Program-made: the position numbers and the translations under genes
In this document: positions 33,799-42,698 of the stretch, piece by piece
Numbering within the stretch: the first letter of the stretch is position 1
Layout of the letters: every line of letters starts with the position of its first letter
Notes under the pieces: model-generated
Seen by the model: the letters and a program-made list of their open reading frames with translations, nothing else
Told to the model about the DNA's origin: nothing
Databases searched by the model: none
NCBI GenBank assembly: GCA_963809535.1
Contig: CAWEJW010000001.1
Span: forward strand, 1,150,105-1,214,104
Reading direction: 5' to 3'
DNA: 64,000 nt
Source of the DNA: an uncultured Actinomycetes bacterium
Lineage (GTDB): Bacteria > Actinomycetota > Coriobacteriia > Anaerosomatales > CAVRZR01

Positions 33799-34776
33799 TC
33801 AGTCTTGCGGAGGTAGCGCTGGAGCCGCGGCGCCCTGGGACTGAACCAGCACGATCGCCGCGATGACGAGCGCCCCGCCGAGGAGCTGCACGACGGTGAG
33901 CTTCTCGCCAAAGATCACGAATGCGGCGATCCCCGCCAGCACCGGCTCGAGCGTAGCCGTGATCGTTGCCGGCGTCGGCCCAATGAGATGCAGCGCCGTC
34001 AAAAAGGCGCCGAAGGGCACGATCGTGCTCACGATGGCGATGAACACGATCGCTGCTGCGGCGGCTGGGTCCGCGAATGCCTCGAGGACGACTTTGGGCC
34101 CCAGCGCGACGAGCCAGAAGAGCGCGGCGAAACCGAGGCCCCAGAAGAGCAGGTTCCACGGCGTGAAGCGCCGAGTCGCATACGTGCCCATCAGGGAGTA
34201 CGTGGCGAAGAGGACGGCGGACGCGAGCCCCCATGCGATTCCCGCTGCTGACACCACCAGACCACCACCGATCGCTCCCACGACAAGTGCGCACCCGACC
34301 ACTGAAAGGCTCACACCTGCCGGAAGTACCCAGGTCACTCGCTCGCGCAGGAACACGACAGATACGATCAGAACGAGCACGGGAGCGAGGTATTCGAGAA
34401 GGATGGCTGTCGCCACATTCGTAAGAGAGATGGTCTTGAAGTACGTGAAGTGCATGCCGGCAAGTGCGACCACGCCGAAGACCGCGAGGAACGGCATGTC
34501 TCGAAGCGAGACCTCGAGGTCCTTTCGGCGAGCTGCGAGCAGAAACGCCGCAAGCAGCAGAAAGGCCGAGAGCGCGCGGCCTCCGGCAAGCACAGCGGGC
34601 GGGACAGCGATGCCGAGCGGCTGCACGAGCCAGCTCTCCGGTACGTCGGCAGGCGCCGTGAACATCCACTTCGCGGTCAGGCCTCCCGCGGCCCAGCATG
34701 CCGCGGCGAATGCTGCGAGAAGGTAGCCGCGGGTTCGATGCTCGAGAGGTGGCGGCGGCCGGACGCCTTCAGACAA
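33799..34776 (-). CDS. EamA/DMT-superfamily transporter
   Basis: Ten hydrophobic segments with two EamA-like repeats. TTG 34776 overlaps the CDF stop. The ORF-track N-terminus is a shadow of the CDF gene. Confidence 0.75.
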   Translation of the reverse strand: MSEGVRPPPPLEHRTRGYLLAAFAAACWAAGGLTAKWMFTAPADVPESWLVQPLGIAVPPAVLAGGRALSAFLLLAAFLLAARRKDLEVSLRDMPFLAVFGVVALAGMHFTYFKTISLTNVATAILLEYLAPVLVLIVSVVFLRERVTWVLPAGVSLSVVGCALVVGAIGGGLVVSAAGIAWGLASAVLFATYSLMGTYATRRFTPWNLLFWGLGFAALFWLVALGPKVVLEAFADPAAAAAIVFIAIVSTIVPFGAFLTALHLIGPTPATITATLEPVLAGIAAFVIFGEKLTVVQLLGGALVIAAIVLVQSQGAAAPALPPQD

Positions 34777-35713
34777 GTCCGGACCTCTGCTCCTCGTTGG
34801 TCTTGTCCGCCTGGTACTCGTCGAACGGTTCCAGGTGGACGATGACGTCGGCAACACGATCGAAATGCTCGGCGACCGTCCGCTCCGTAAGCTCGGCGAT
34901 CCGGTGACCGTCGGCGACCGTGCGCGACGCATCCACCTGGATGTGCATGTCGACGTAGACCTCGGCCTCGGACCCGCGCGTCCGAACACTGTGGCAGCCA
35001 AGCACGCCTCCGACGTCGAGAGCCACCTCGCAGATCTCAGAGGCAGGGATCCGTGCCGCGTCGGACAGCGTCACGCTCGCTTCCTTGAAGACTTGCCAGG
35101 CGGTGTAGACGATCACCGCCGATACGATGAGCGCGGCAATGGCGTCGGCCTTGGTGTAGCCGAGCTTCACGAACACCAGACCGACAATAACGCCGATGCT
35201 GACGAAAGCGTCCGAGGCGGTGTGACTCGAGTCTGCGACGAGGATGGAGCTCCCGAGTCGGCGACCGGCACTCCGCTCCCACGCTGTCACCCCGAGGTTG
35301 ATCATGAGCGTGCCGATCATGATCGCGAAGGACACGGCCGTGACGGTAGGAGGTTCGCCGCCGCCCATCAATCGTTCGAAGGCGGCGCTCCCAACCCGAT
35401 AGGCCGCGAACACGAGCATCGCGCCGATGCCCGCTGACGCATAGGTCTCGTACTTCCCGTGGCCGTATGGGTGGTCACGGTCACGGGGACGCCCGGCCAG
35501 CCGCATGCCGATGAGCCCGACAACGTTGGACACACCATCGAACATCGAGTGAAAGCCGTCAGCCTGCATGGCGACTGAACCGGACAGGGTACCCCAGATG
35601 AGCTTCGCGAGAGCCACGAGCACGTTGAGGACAAGAACCGCCCACAGTACGAACCGTATGCTCCGTATGCGACCCGCAGCTGCTTCGCTGCCGGCCGGCC
35701 GGGAGTACCCCAC
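34769..35713 (-). CDS. Cation diffusion facilitator (CDF) metal exporter
   Basis: SGSVAMQADGFHSMFDGVSN (TM2 HxxxD site), HPYGHGKYE, SHTASDAFVS (TM5 site), C-terminal cytoplasmic domain. Confidence 0.85.
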   Translation of the reverse strand: MGYSRPAGSEAAAGRIRSIRFVLWAVLVLNVLVALAKLIWGTLSGSVAMQADGFHSMFDGVSNVVGLIGMRLAGRPRDRDHPYGHGKYETYASAGIGAMLVFAAYRVGSAAFERLMGGGEPPTVTAVSFAIMIGTLMINLGVTAWERSAGRRLGSSILVADSSHTASDAFVSIGVIVGLVFVKLGYTKADAIAALIVSAVIVYTAWQVFKEASVTLSDAARIPASEICEVALDVGGVLGCHSVRTRGSEAEVYVDMHIQVDASRTVADGHRIAELTERTVAEHFDRVADVIVHLEPFDEYQADKTNEEQRSGLV

Positions 35714-35743
35714 GTGCTTCGCCCCCGTGTTCGTTGCTACGCA

Positions 35744-35760
35744 ATACCCCTAGGGGGTAT
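35744..35760. promoter_or_regulatory. CsoR-type operator (ATACCCC-TAG-GGGGTAT) in the CDF/csoR divergent promoter
   Basis: 17-bp palindrome. Flanked by TATTAT (35758..35763, + strand, toward csoR) and CATAAT (35764..35759, - strand, toward CDF). TTGCTA lies 18 nt upstream of TATTAT. Confidence 0.65.
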
Positions 35761-35812
35761 TATGAGCCGGTATCGAGGTCATGCATATCCTACGCGAAAC
35801 ACGGGAGCAGTG

Positions 35813-36109
35813 ATGGCTGACGCGATCGGCACACATACGATGCAACCTGCGCAACGACAGTTGCTGAACCGCCTCAAGCGGCTCGAGGGCCAGATCCGAG
35901 GCCTTCAGTCCATGATCGAGTCGGGGCAGCAGTGTGAGGCGATCCTCACGCAGATCATGGCAGCGAAGTCCGCCCTCAACCAGGTGGGCATGCACATCAT
36001 CGGACACGCGATGAAGGAGTGCCTCATCGACGAGGAAGTCACCGACCGTGACGAGCTCATCGATGAGGCCATCAAGGTCTTCCTCAAGTACTCCTCGTGC
36101 GTGCAGTAG
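35813..36109 (+). CDS. csoR: CsoR/RcnR-family metal- (or persulfide-) sensing repressor
   Basis: ATG 35813 in ORF 35714..36109. LKRLEGQIRGLQSMIESGQQCEAILTQIMAAKSALNQVG..GHAMKECL carries the Cys..His..Cys ligand pattern, with His-Cys spacing one residue longer than in the CsoRs I recall. Confidence 0.85.
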   Translation: MADAIGTHTMQPAQRQLLNRLKRLEGQIRGLQSMIESGQQCEAILTQIMAAKSALNQVGMHIIGHAMKECLIDEEVTDRDELIDEAIKVFLKYSSCVQ

Positions 36110-36183
36110 CTGTTGCTCCACCCGTGGTTCCGCAGTCCTCGCGCCTGGAAGATGATTGCGCCCGGGCCGGCCAGCCAGGCCGA

Positions 36184-36579
36184 CTACGATGTGGCGTCGC
36201 AAGCCTCGTCGACGATGGCGATGATTGCGTCTTCCAGACCGCGTGCAGCCTCTTCCAGGTCGCGCTCGGGGTAGATCGCACGAAACAGCGACGGGCGCAG
36301 GGCTGCGACCGCAACGTGCCCGTCCTCCTCGTAGATGTTGAGCCTACAGGGGAGCAGCAGTGCGACCAGCGCATCCTTGTCGCCGTCGTTTGGCCCGACT
36401 TCAACGATCACCAACGGACGGATGGGAAAGCCTTTGGCGGCGAGGGCCGCCTGAATGTCATGCGATTCAAGAACGACGAACCCGTGCTGTGCCGCTGACG
36501 TAGCGACCGACCGCACGACGTCGGCCAGGGGCGCGTCGCTCAAGCGCTTGTATGCGTAACGCACTATCGCCCCCCTCAC
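36184..36579 (-). CDS. DUF302-domain protein
   Basis: 131 aa. GFVVLESHDIQAALAAKGF..LLPCRLNIYEEDG pattern is typical of DUF302. Confidence 0.7.
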   Translation of the reverse strand: MRGAIVRYAYKRLSDAPLADVVRSVATSAAQHGFVVLESHDIQAALAAKGFPIRPLVIVEVGPNDGDKDALVALLLPCRLNIYEEDGHVAVAALRPSLFRAIYPERDLEEAARGLEDAIIAIVDEACDATS

Positions 36580-36628
36580 GGTCCCGTCTTGCGGTGCTTC
36601 CTCGTCCAGACCAGACGCCGTCCTACGC

Positions 36629-36829
36629 TCAACCGAATCGGCTGCTCGGAACGCACGCCGTCGGACTGCTCGACTTGGTCCCTATGCCCAAGACGCCTCC
36701 GCCGACTCCGGTCCTCACGTCTGACGACCCGCAGCGCGGGCAACACCGGTCCTCATCAGACAGGAAGCGCGTCAGGAACTTCTCGAAACACTCGCCGCAA
36801 TCACGACATTCTAGATCGTATGTCGGCAC
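36629..36829 (-). CDS. FmdB-family zinc-ribbon protein
   Basis: GTG 36829 gives VPTYDLECRDCGECFE..CCPRCGS (CxxC..CxxC). It starts 1 nt after the trxA stop. Confidence 0.7.
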   Translation of the reverse strand: MPTYDLECRDCGECFEKFLTRFLSDEDRCCPRCGSSDVRTGVGGGVLGIGTKSSSPTACVPSSRFG

Positions 36830-36830
36830 A

Positions 36831-37154
36831 CTAGACCCCCAGCCCAAATTCTTTGGCGAGAGCTTCCGCACTCCGCGCACCCACGACCTGGCTTGTGACC
36901 TGCCCGCCTTCGAACTTCGCGATCGTCGGGATGCTCATCACGCTGTAGCGCACGGCAAGTTCTTGGTTCTCATCGACGTTCACCTTGACGAACTTCGCCT
37001 TGGGACCGACACGCTCGGCCAACTTCTCGACCTCGGGGCCCACAACCCGGCATGGTCCGCACCATGGCGCCCAGAAATCGACGACCACAGGTACGCTCGA
37101 TTCGAGAACCTCGGCCTGGAAGCTCTCAGTCGTGACGTCCATTGCGCTGCTCAT
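36831..37154 (-). CDS. trxA: Thioredoxin
   Basis: 107 aa with the FWAPWCGPCR active site. SD is GAAGGAG. Confidence 0.95.
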   Translation of the reverse strand: MSSAMDVTTESFQAEVLESSVPVVVDFWAPWCGPCRVVGPEVEKLAERVGPKAKFVKVNVDENQELAVRYSVMSIPTIAKFEGGQVTSQVVGARSAEALAKEFGLGV

Positions 37155-37189
37155 GATTCACTCCTTCGATGAACTCCGTCCGCGTCATT

Positions 37190-37205
37190 ATACCCTATGG
37201 GGTAT
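37190..37205. promoter_or_regulatory. Second CsoR-type operator (ATACCC-TATG-GGGTAT) in the trxA/ferrochelatase-like divergent promoter
   Basis: Palindrome flanked by TATTAT (37203..37208, + strand) and TATAAT (37209..37204, - strand). Same layout as 35744..35760. Confidence 0.6.
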
Positions 37206-37264
37206 TATACAATCAACGCGGTCGGATGGCTCGCGATATCATCCCCAGACAGGAGGGGTGCTGA

Positions 37265-38506
37265 ATGCCTGCCGGTCTGTGGGTAGCTCTCGTTGTCGGC
37301 GGCCTGGTTGCGGGACTGGGCGTCGTTGCCGCGCTGTCCTTCCCTGCCGGCCGCGAAGCTGTTGGTGGTATCGCTAGCCTCACAGGCTTCTTCCTCTCGG
37401 CATGGGCGCTCGGCAGGCTGACTGCCATATACGGCAGCTCTCAGACGCCTGGCATCGCTCTTGGCCTCGCCTTCGCCGCGGTGGTCGGCGGCTACTCTCT
37501 TGCGTCGGCCATGCTCTCGCAAGCGGCGCGCCGTCCGTCACCGCGACCGATCACTGGTGCAAGCGGCGACCGCACTGCCCTGTTGTTGCTGAGCGATGCC
37601 GAAGGCGAACTCTACCAACCTGCGGCGGCGGCCCTCGAGCTCGTGACGCTTCAAGACGACGACGTGCTGGAACTGGGAATCGTCGCGACCCCATTCCTGT
37701 TTGCCGCCCAGAAGGCGCGCTACCGAGCGATCGGGGGAAGCAGTCCCGCGCGGCGTCAGGTAGCAGAGATCGCCGAGGCCCTCGAGCGTACGTCTCCCGG
37801 ACTGCAGGTGGATCACTATGGCGCCGCCTGGTGTGACGGTCCGGGGAACCTGCTCGAGCGCGTGGAGGAGCTCGCTCGCGATGGCTACTCGCGCTTCATC
37901 GTCCAACCGCTGGCGGTGGCAGAGTCCCTCGAGATGCAAAGAGCGAAAAGCCTTGTCGATCGGGGTCGGCCGGACGAAGCCGGCATCCGCGTCGTCTACG
38001 CCCCGCCACTTCGGTCCGCGGCCGCGATCGCTGGCCTCATCGCCAGGCGGATCGCCGTCGGGCTCGCGGATCCAGCTGCGACAGGCATTGCGCTGGTGGC
38101 GCACGGACAGCCCGAGAGTCGCACCAAGCTGAACCCCACGTTCGATGAGGACGAGTCCGCGTTCCTCAATCAGATCAAGATGATCGCCACAGACAATGGC
38201 ATGCCGCCTTCGAATGTCCGGCTCGCCTGGGCGGATTGGCGCGATCCCGACGTGACGTCGACAGTACGGCATCTTGCCGCTCTCGGATGCACGAGGATCC
38301 TGGTCTCTCCCGCGAGCTACCCGGTGGACGGGGTGTCGACCTTGCTGGACATACCGATGGGGATCAAGCAGGCGCGGGTCGAACCCTCGGTCGCCATCGT
38401 CACGCTCTCCACGTGGCGTGACGAACCAGACGTCATACAGGCGCTGAGGGAAGGAGCGGTTGAATCACTGCGCGAGCTGGGGGAGCCTTCAGGCGGGATC
38501 GCCTAG
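37265..38506 (+). CDS. Membrane-anchored class II chelatase, ferrochelatase-like and divergent
   Basis: About 3 N-terminal TM helices, then RYRAIGGSSPARRQ (Y..IGG.SP motif) and ALVAHGQPES (SAHxxP-like). VSPASYPVDGVSTLLDI occupies the position of P.xFVxDHxETLxExD. SD is AGGAGGGG. Confidence 0.65.
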   Translation: MPAGLWVALVVGGLVAGLGVVAALSFPAGREAVGGIASLTGFFLSAWALGRLTAIYGSSQTPGIALGLAFAAVVGGYSLASAMLSQAARRPSPRPITGASGDRTALLLLSDAEGELYQPAAAALELVTLQDDDVLELGIVATPFLFAAQKARYRAIGGSSPARRQVAEIAEALERTSPGLQVDHYGAAWCDGPGNLLERVEELARDGYSRFIVQPLAVAESLEMQRAKSLVDRGRPDEAGIRVVYAPPLRSAAAIAGLIARRIAVGLADPAATGIALVAHGQPESRTKLNPTFDEDESAFLNQIKMIATDNGMPPSNVRLAWADWRDPDVTSTVRHLAALGCTRILVSPASYPVDGVSTLLDIPMGIKQARVEPSVAIVTLSTWRDEPDVIQALREGAVESLRELGEPSGGIA

Positions 38507-39222
38507 ACGGACTTGCACCGCTCCCAGTTCCACGCCTGCTGCCTGCGGATCTGGGGAATCCTGAACGCATAGCGCACAGCCATGCTCAGCCCCGCAGCGT
38601 TGCTCGAAGCGCGCGTCTCCAGCCGAGAGATACTGGTTCGGAGTTCCTCGGCAGTCGTGCCCCGGAACAGCGTGCATCCGGTGCCGATGCCCTTGAGCAC
38701 GTGGGCGTCGGACCCTCCCGTTGCCGCGATTCCCTGGCCCCCCGTGAACACCTTGGCGGCCATGCGATTCGCCCAGCCGAGGTATGGGATGGAGTTGTAG
38801 ACCTCCAGCGCGTGGAACGCGAGATCTCCGACAGCCGCGCCAAAGGTGCTGCGCCCGAACGGACCGAACACGCCACGGCCCGAGAACGGATGCGGAATGA
38901 CAGCGATGCCGTCCTGCTCGTCGATGGCGGCGAGCGTCTCGACAACGGACATGCCTTGCCGGATGGGCTTCTCCAGGAAGAGGCCGATGATGTGACCGGA
39001 GCTCGACGAGACCTCCTCGCCTACGATGATCTCAAAGTCGTACTGGTCCTCGAGGGACTTGGCGATGAGAGCCCCCTCGATGGTGTTGTGATCGGTGATC
39101 GCGATGACGCGCAGGTCGGTGTCGTGCTGGACGTAGTCCATGATTTCCGGAATCGATGCGAGGCCGTCGCTGTGATGGCTGTGGATGTGTATGTCTGCCC
39201 TGCTCCAGATGTCCGGCGTCAC
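38503..39222 (-). CDS. PHP-domain (polymerase/histidinol phosphatase-like) metal hydrolase
   Basis: ADIHIHSHHSDG, ITDHNT, PHPF, GGSDAH motifs. GTG 39222 follows GAAAGGGG-N6 (alternative ATG 39270). Listed only as the tail of the 680-aa ORF 38503..40545. Confidence 0.7.
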   Translation of the reverse strand: MTPDIWSRADIHIHSHHSDGLASIPEIMDYVQHDTDLRVIAITDHNTIEGALIAKSLEDQYDFEIIVGEEVSSSSGHIIGLFLEKPIRQGMSVVETLAAIDEQDGIAVIPHPFSGRGVFGPFGRSTFGAAVGDLAFHALEVYNSIPYLGWANRMAAKVFTGGQGIAATGGSDAHVLKGIGTGCTLFRGTTAEELRTSISRLETRASSNAAGLSMAVRYAFRIPQIRRQQAWNWERCKSV

Positions 39223-39386
39223 GCGGTGCCCCTTTCGGGAGTCTTGCGACGATTCCGCCCCGTGCCTCATGAGCAAACAGCGTACCTGCCAATTCCAGCC
39301 AGAACCGGGGAATCGCTGCTTCTCCACACGAGACGGTGCGGCGCGTATCGGGATTCGACCGACACACACACTATCGGCGCGCCTGA

Positions 39387-40545
39387 TCAGTGTCTGGAGG
39401 ACCACTCCCGAAGGCGCCTCACGCCCTCGTTCAAGCGCTCCAGGTCGGCGGCGTAGCTGATCCTCAGGAAGCCCTCGCCGCCGAGGTCCGAAATCGATGC
39501 CGGGCGCGACTGCGACCCCGGCCTCCTCGAGAAGAGCATGAGACAAAGCCAGGGAGTCGCTTCCCCACTGTCGCGCGTCGGCAAACACGTAGAATGCGCC
39601 GGTCGGTTCGCACTCGACCACAAGCCCGATCTCTCTGAGCGCCGGGACGAGGTATCTGCGACGCTCGTCATACGTCGCGCGCATGCGCGCTACGTCAGGC
39701 TGCGCGAAGGTCAGGGCGGCGATGCCCGCAACCTGCACGAAGTGATTCGCACACAAGAAGAAGTTCTGTTGGATCTTCTCGCAAGGCCGCACGAACTCGG
39801 CGGGCGCGATGAGGTACCCGAGTCTCCATCCGGTCATCGCGTACGTCTTGGAGAAGCCGTTGAGCACGAACGCGCGATCAGTGAACTCCAGGACGCTGTG
39901 CGCTCGCTCGACGAAGTCCAGGCCATGGTAGATCTCGTCGCTCACGATCCAGACAGCGTTGTCCTCGGCGATTCTCGCCAGCTCCTCGAGGTCCCCGGCT
40001 CGCAGGATCGAGCCCATAGGATTCGACGGGGAGTTGATCACGATCCCCCGGGTGCGAGGCGTCACGGCCGCACGTACCTCGTCCGGCTTGAACCGGAAGC
40101 CGTCCTCGGCCCGCACCGGAACGGGCACCGGCACGCCGCCGAGGAACGCCACGTAGTTGGGATAGGCCGGATAACAGGGATCCCCGATGATGACCTCGTC
40201 ACCTGGGTCGAGCAGCGCGCCGAACAGCAGCAGCATCGCAGGCGAAGTGCCCTGCGTGACGACGATGTGTCCAGGGTCTGCCTCGACTCCGTACGTGGAC
40301 CGATAGTGTGCGGAGACAGCCTCGCGCAGACTCGGAAGTCCCAGCGATTGGGTGTATCCGGTGTCGCCGTGCTCCAACGCTTCCTCAGCCGCGTGCTTGA
40401 TGACCTCCGGCGTCGGGAGGTCAGGGTCACCGATCTCAAGCCGCACGATATCGCGACCCTCCGCCTCGAGTTCCTGCGCCCGCGCGACCACGTCCATGAC
40501 CACAAACGGTCTGATCAGCTGTGCGCGCCGAGAAACGCCGGCCAC
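39387..40545 (-). pseudogene. Class I/II PLP aminotransferase (AspC-like) with an apparent frameshift near its 3' end
   Basis: Main frame reads ..NSPSNPMG..FSKTYAMTGWRLGY..APGIDFGP and then becomes Arg-rich. The canonical C-terminus GGEGFLRISYAADLERLNEGVRRLREW continues in the frame of ORF 39387..39671. The frames switch at about 39485..39492. Confidence 0.7.
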
Positions 40546-40578
40546 GTCGCGCCCTCCCTCTGCCCAGCCGCCGACACT

Positions 40579-41853
40579 CTACCTCGCCCTATACAGCGCG
40601 GTAGCCGCCGTGCCCAACGCCTCGAGTCGTCGCAGGCCTTGGAAGTCCATCTGCCGCGTGGCTATGACCTCGTGCGGCGGCAAGGGGTCATAGCGTACGC
40701 CGAGGCCGTCCGCGCGCTGCCAAAGCTCTGTCCCTGGCAGAACGTGCAGCGTCGAGATTTGCACCGTTCCCGGGTCCAGTGAGATCGCGAAGTCCAGGCC
40801 GGAGACGACGTCGGCCGGAGTGTCCCCGGGTAGGCCAATGATCAAGTCGCACTCGACCGAGATGCCCTCGTCCTTGAGCGCCCGCACGCCTGCGACAAAG
40901 CGATCATGGTCAAAGGCCCGCCGGCAGTTCGCCAGTGCCTCTCGGCCGACCGTCTGCGGACCGGTCTCCACGCTCGCCACGCCGGCTTTGCGCAAGAGAG
41001 CGGCTTCAGGGGGACCGATGCGCTCGATGTCCACCTCGATCGTGTGCAGGCGCATACCTCGATCCGCGTACGGACCCAGGAGCTGGGAGAGCCAGGCCAG
41101 ACGCTCCGGCGTCAGATTGAACACTGGATCGATGAATGAGAACGAGCGGAGTCCCGCCGAGGTCACGAACTCGATCTCGGCGGCCACTCGTGCATCCGAG
41201 AACCTCCGGGGCCGTCCGTAACCCTTGCCCTCGAAACAGTACGCACAGCGATGGGGACAGCCCCGGTACGTCTCCAGGTACGTCGAACCTTCCACAGGTT
41301 CCATGATCCCGGTGAGGTACGGCGACGGAATCGAATCCAGATCGCCAATCAGGTCTCGGTCGGGCGCGGAGACGATCTCGTCGGCCCTGCGGCACGTCAC
41401 TCCGGGGACGCCAGAGAGATCGACATCGGAACCGCCCGCCATGCGACGCTCCAGCACGTCAGCGAACGTTGCCTCGCCCTCGCCCCGCACCACGACGTCA
41501 ACGCCCGGCTGCGAGACGAGGACGGCATCGGCGACGGGCCCAACGTCCGGCCCACCGAGGACGATCAGTACATCCGGATGAGCTGCCTTGATGACGCGAA
41601 CAGCCTCGTAGATGTGCCGCGCGTTCCAGCACACCACGGACAACGCCACCACGTCCGGACGCGGCTTCAGGCCGAGCACCCGGTAGGCGATCCACCAGGG
41701 ATCGGTTTCGGTGTCGAGGTCGAGCGTCGTGAACCCGACAGCCCGGAGGCGTTCGTCCGCCTGCGCGTAGGCGCGCAGATACCCAAGGGCAAGCGAACGG
41801 TATCCCGGCGAGTTCACGCCGACGAGAGCCACTCTGAGGGCGGGTCCGCTCAC
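40579..41853 (-). CDS. B12-binding-domain radical SAM protein (class B)
   Basis: N-terminal Rossmann-like B12 domain (DVVALSVVCW..VLGGPDV..VVRGEGE), CPHRCAYC cluster motif, TIM-barrel core. Confidence 0.85.
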   Translation of the reverse strand: MSGPALRVALVGVNSPGYRSLALGYLRAYAQADERLRAVGFTTLDLDTETDPWWIAYRVLGLKPRPDVVALSVVCWNARHIYEAVRVIKAAHPDVLIVLGGPDVGPVADAVLVSQPGVDVVVRGEGEATFADVLERRMAGGSDVDLSGVPGVTCRRADEIVSAPDRDLIGDLDSIPSPYLTGIMEPVEGSTYLETYRGCPHRCAYCFEGKGYGRPRRFSDARVAAEIEFVTSAGLRSFSFIDPVFNLTPERLAWLSQLLGPYADRGMRLHTIEVDIERIGPPEAALLRKAGVASVETGPQTVGREALANCRRAFDHDRFVAGVRALKDEGISVECDLIIGLPGDTPADVVSGLDFAISLDPGTVQISTLHVLPGTELWQRADGLGVRYDPLPPHEVIATRQMDFQGLRRLEALGTAATALYRAR

Positions 41854-42626
41854 ATCCGGTCCCCGCTCTCGTTCCAGGCACGCGCTCTCTCGGCATCGAC
41901 ACCGGGCAGCGGCGACAGAGCTTGGATGGCCCTGTCATCAGGGGAGATGGCGAATTGCACCCAGGCCCTGTTGACCACCCCCGAGTCGATGACGGCATTG
42001 GCCCACGCTTCGTCCGGAAGAGGTACGCCCCCCGAAAGCTCTACCGTGACCACCACCACGCCGGCCGAGGCCAGGGCGGCGACGGTCGCCGGTGTCTTCG
42101 CGTAGGTGTGGGGACACGTCACTACGCGAGCCACCGGGGCGACCCGGACGTTGCGAGACCGAGCGGCCTCGATGAACGCACCGAGCCCGCCGAGCACGGA
42201 ATCCAGCGTAGCGACCCCTCCACGGGCACTAGCTCCCTCGGCGAGGCTCAAGACGACGACCTCGATGTGACGCACGCCCGCGTCGATGACGCCCGACGCA
42301 TTCATGCCCTGGCTGAGGGCCGGGCCGGCAGTGGTGAGCCTCAGCCGCTCGACACCTTGCTGCAGCGTCTCGGAAACGAGTGCGGGCAGCTCTGGATAAG
42401 CGAAGGCCTCGCCCCCAGTGAACCACACGTTCGGCCCCGGGCCCTCACGCCAGGCTTCGACCACACGGCGAATGTCGGCAACCACATCGCCGGCCGACCT
42501 CATTCGCAGGGGCGGCGGATCGCCACATTCGGGGCACACGGGCAGCCCCCCGCTGCCGACGTCCACTCTGGCGAATGCGATCACGAGCACCTCCGTCGCC
42601 AGCATAGCCGATGCCCGGAACCCCAC
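41850..42626 (-). CDS. Radical-SAM-like protein lacking the canonical CxxxCxxC motif
   Basis: FTGGEAFAYPEL (GGE motif) and RLTTAG resemble a radical SAM core, but only CPEC is present at the cluster position. Its stop overlaps the class B gene start (GTGA). Start codon uncertain. Confidence 0.5.
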   Translation of the reverse strand: MGFRASAMLATEVLVIAFARVDVGSGGLPVCPECGDPPPLRMRSAGDVVADIRRVVEAWREGPGPNVWFTGGEAFAYPELPALVSETLQQGVERLRLTTAGPALSQGMNASGVIDAGVRHIEVVVLSLAEGASARGGVATLDSVLGGLGAFIEAARSRNVRVAPVARVVTCPHTYAKTPATVAALASAGVVVVTVELSGGVPLPDEAWANAVIDSGVVNRAWVQFAISPDDRAIQALSPLPGVDAERARAWNESGDRM

Positions 42627-42698
42627 CTGCGGGAGCTACTCCGACAACCCGCGCGGAGTGCGTGCCGGCACTGCGTGAGCGGCGCCCGTTCGCACGAA

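Noticed and set aside
38503-40545. 680-aa ORF that looks like an aminotransferase-PHP fusion protein
   Set aside because: The middle 90 codons are Arg/Pro-rich junk. The real aminotransferase C-terminus is in the adjacent frame, ending at 39387. The PHP part has its own SD and start. I treat it as two genes plus a frameshift.
42652-42667. Weak sigma-54-like element CGGCACGCACTCCGCG (reverse strand) upstream of the radical-SAM-like gene
   Set aside because: GG and GC have the correct spacing, but the -12 region (CCGCG) and the first base deviate from consensus. It would leave only about 14 nt of leader with no SD. It is kept as a note only.
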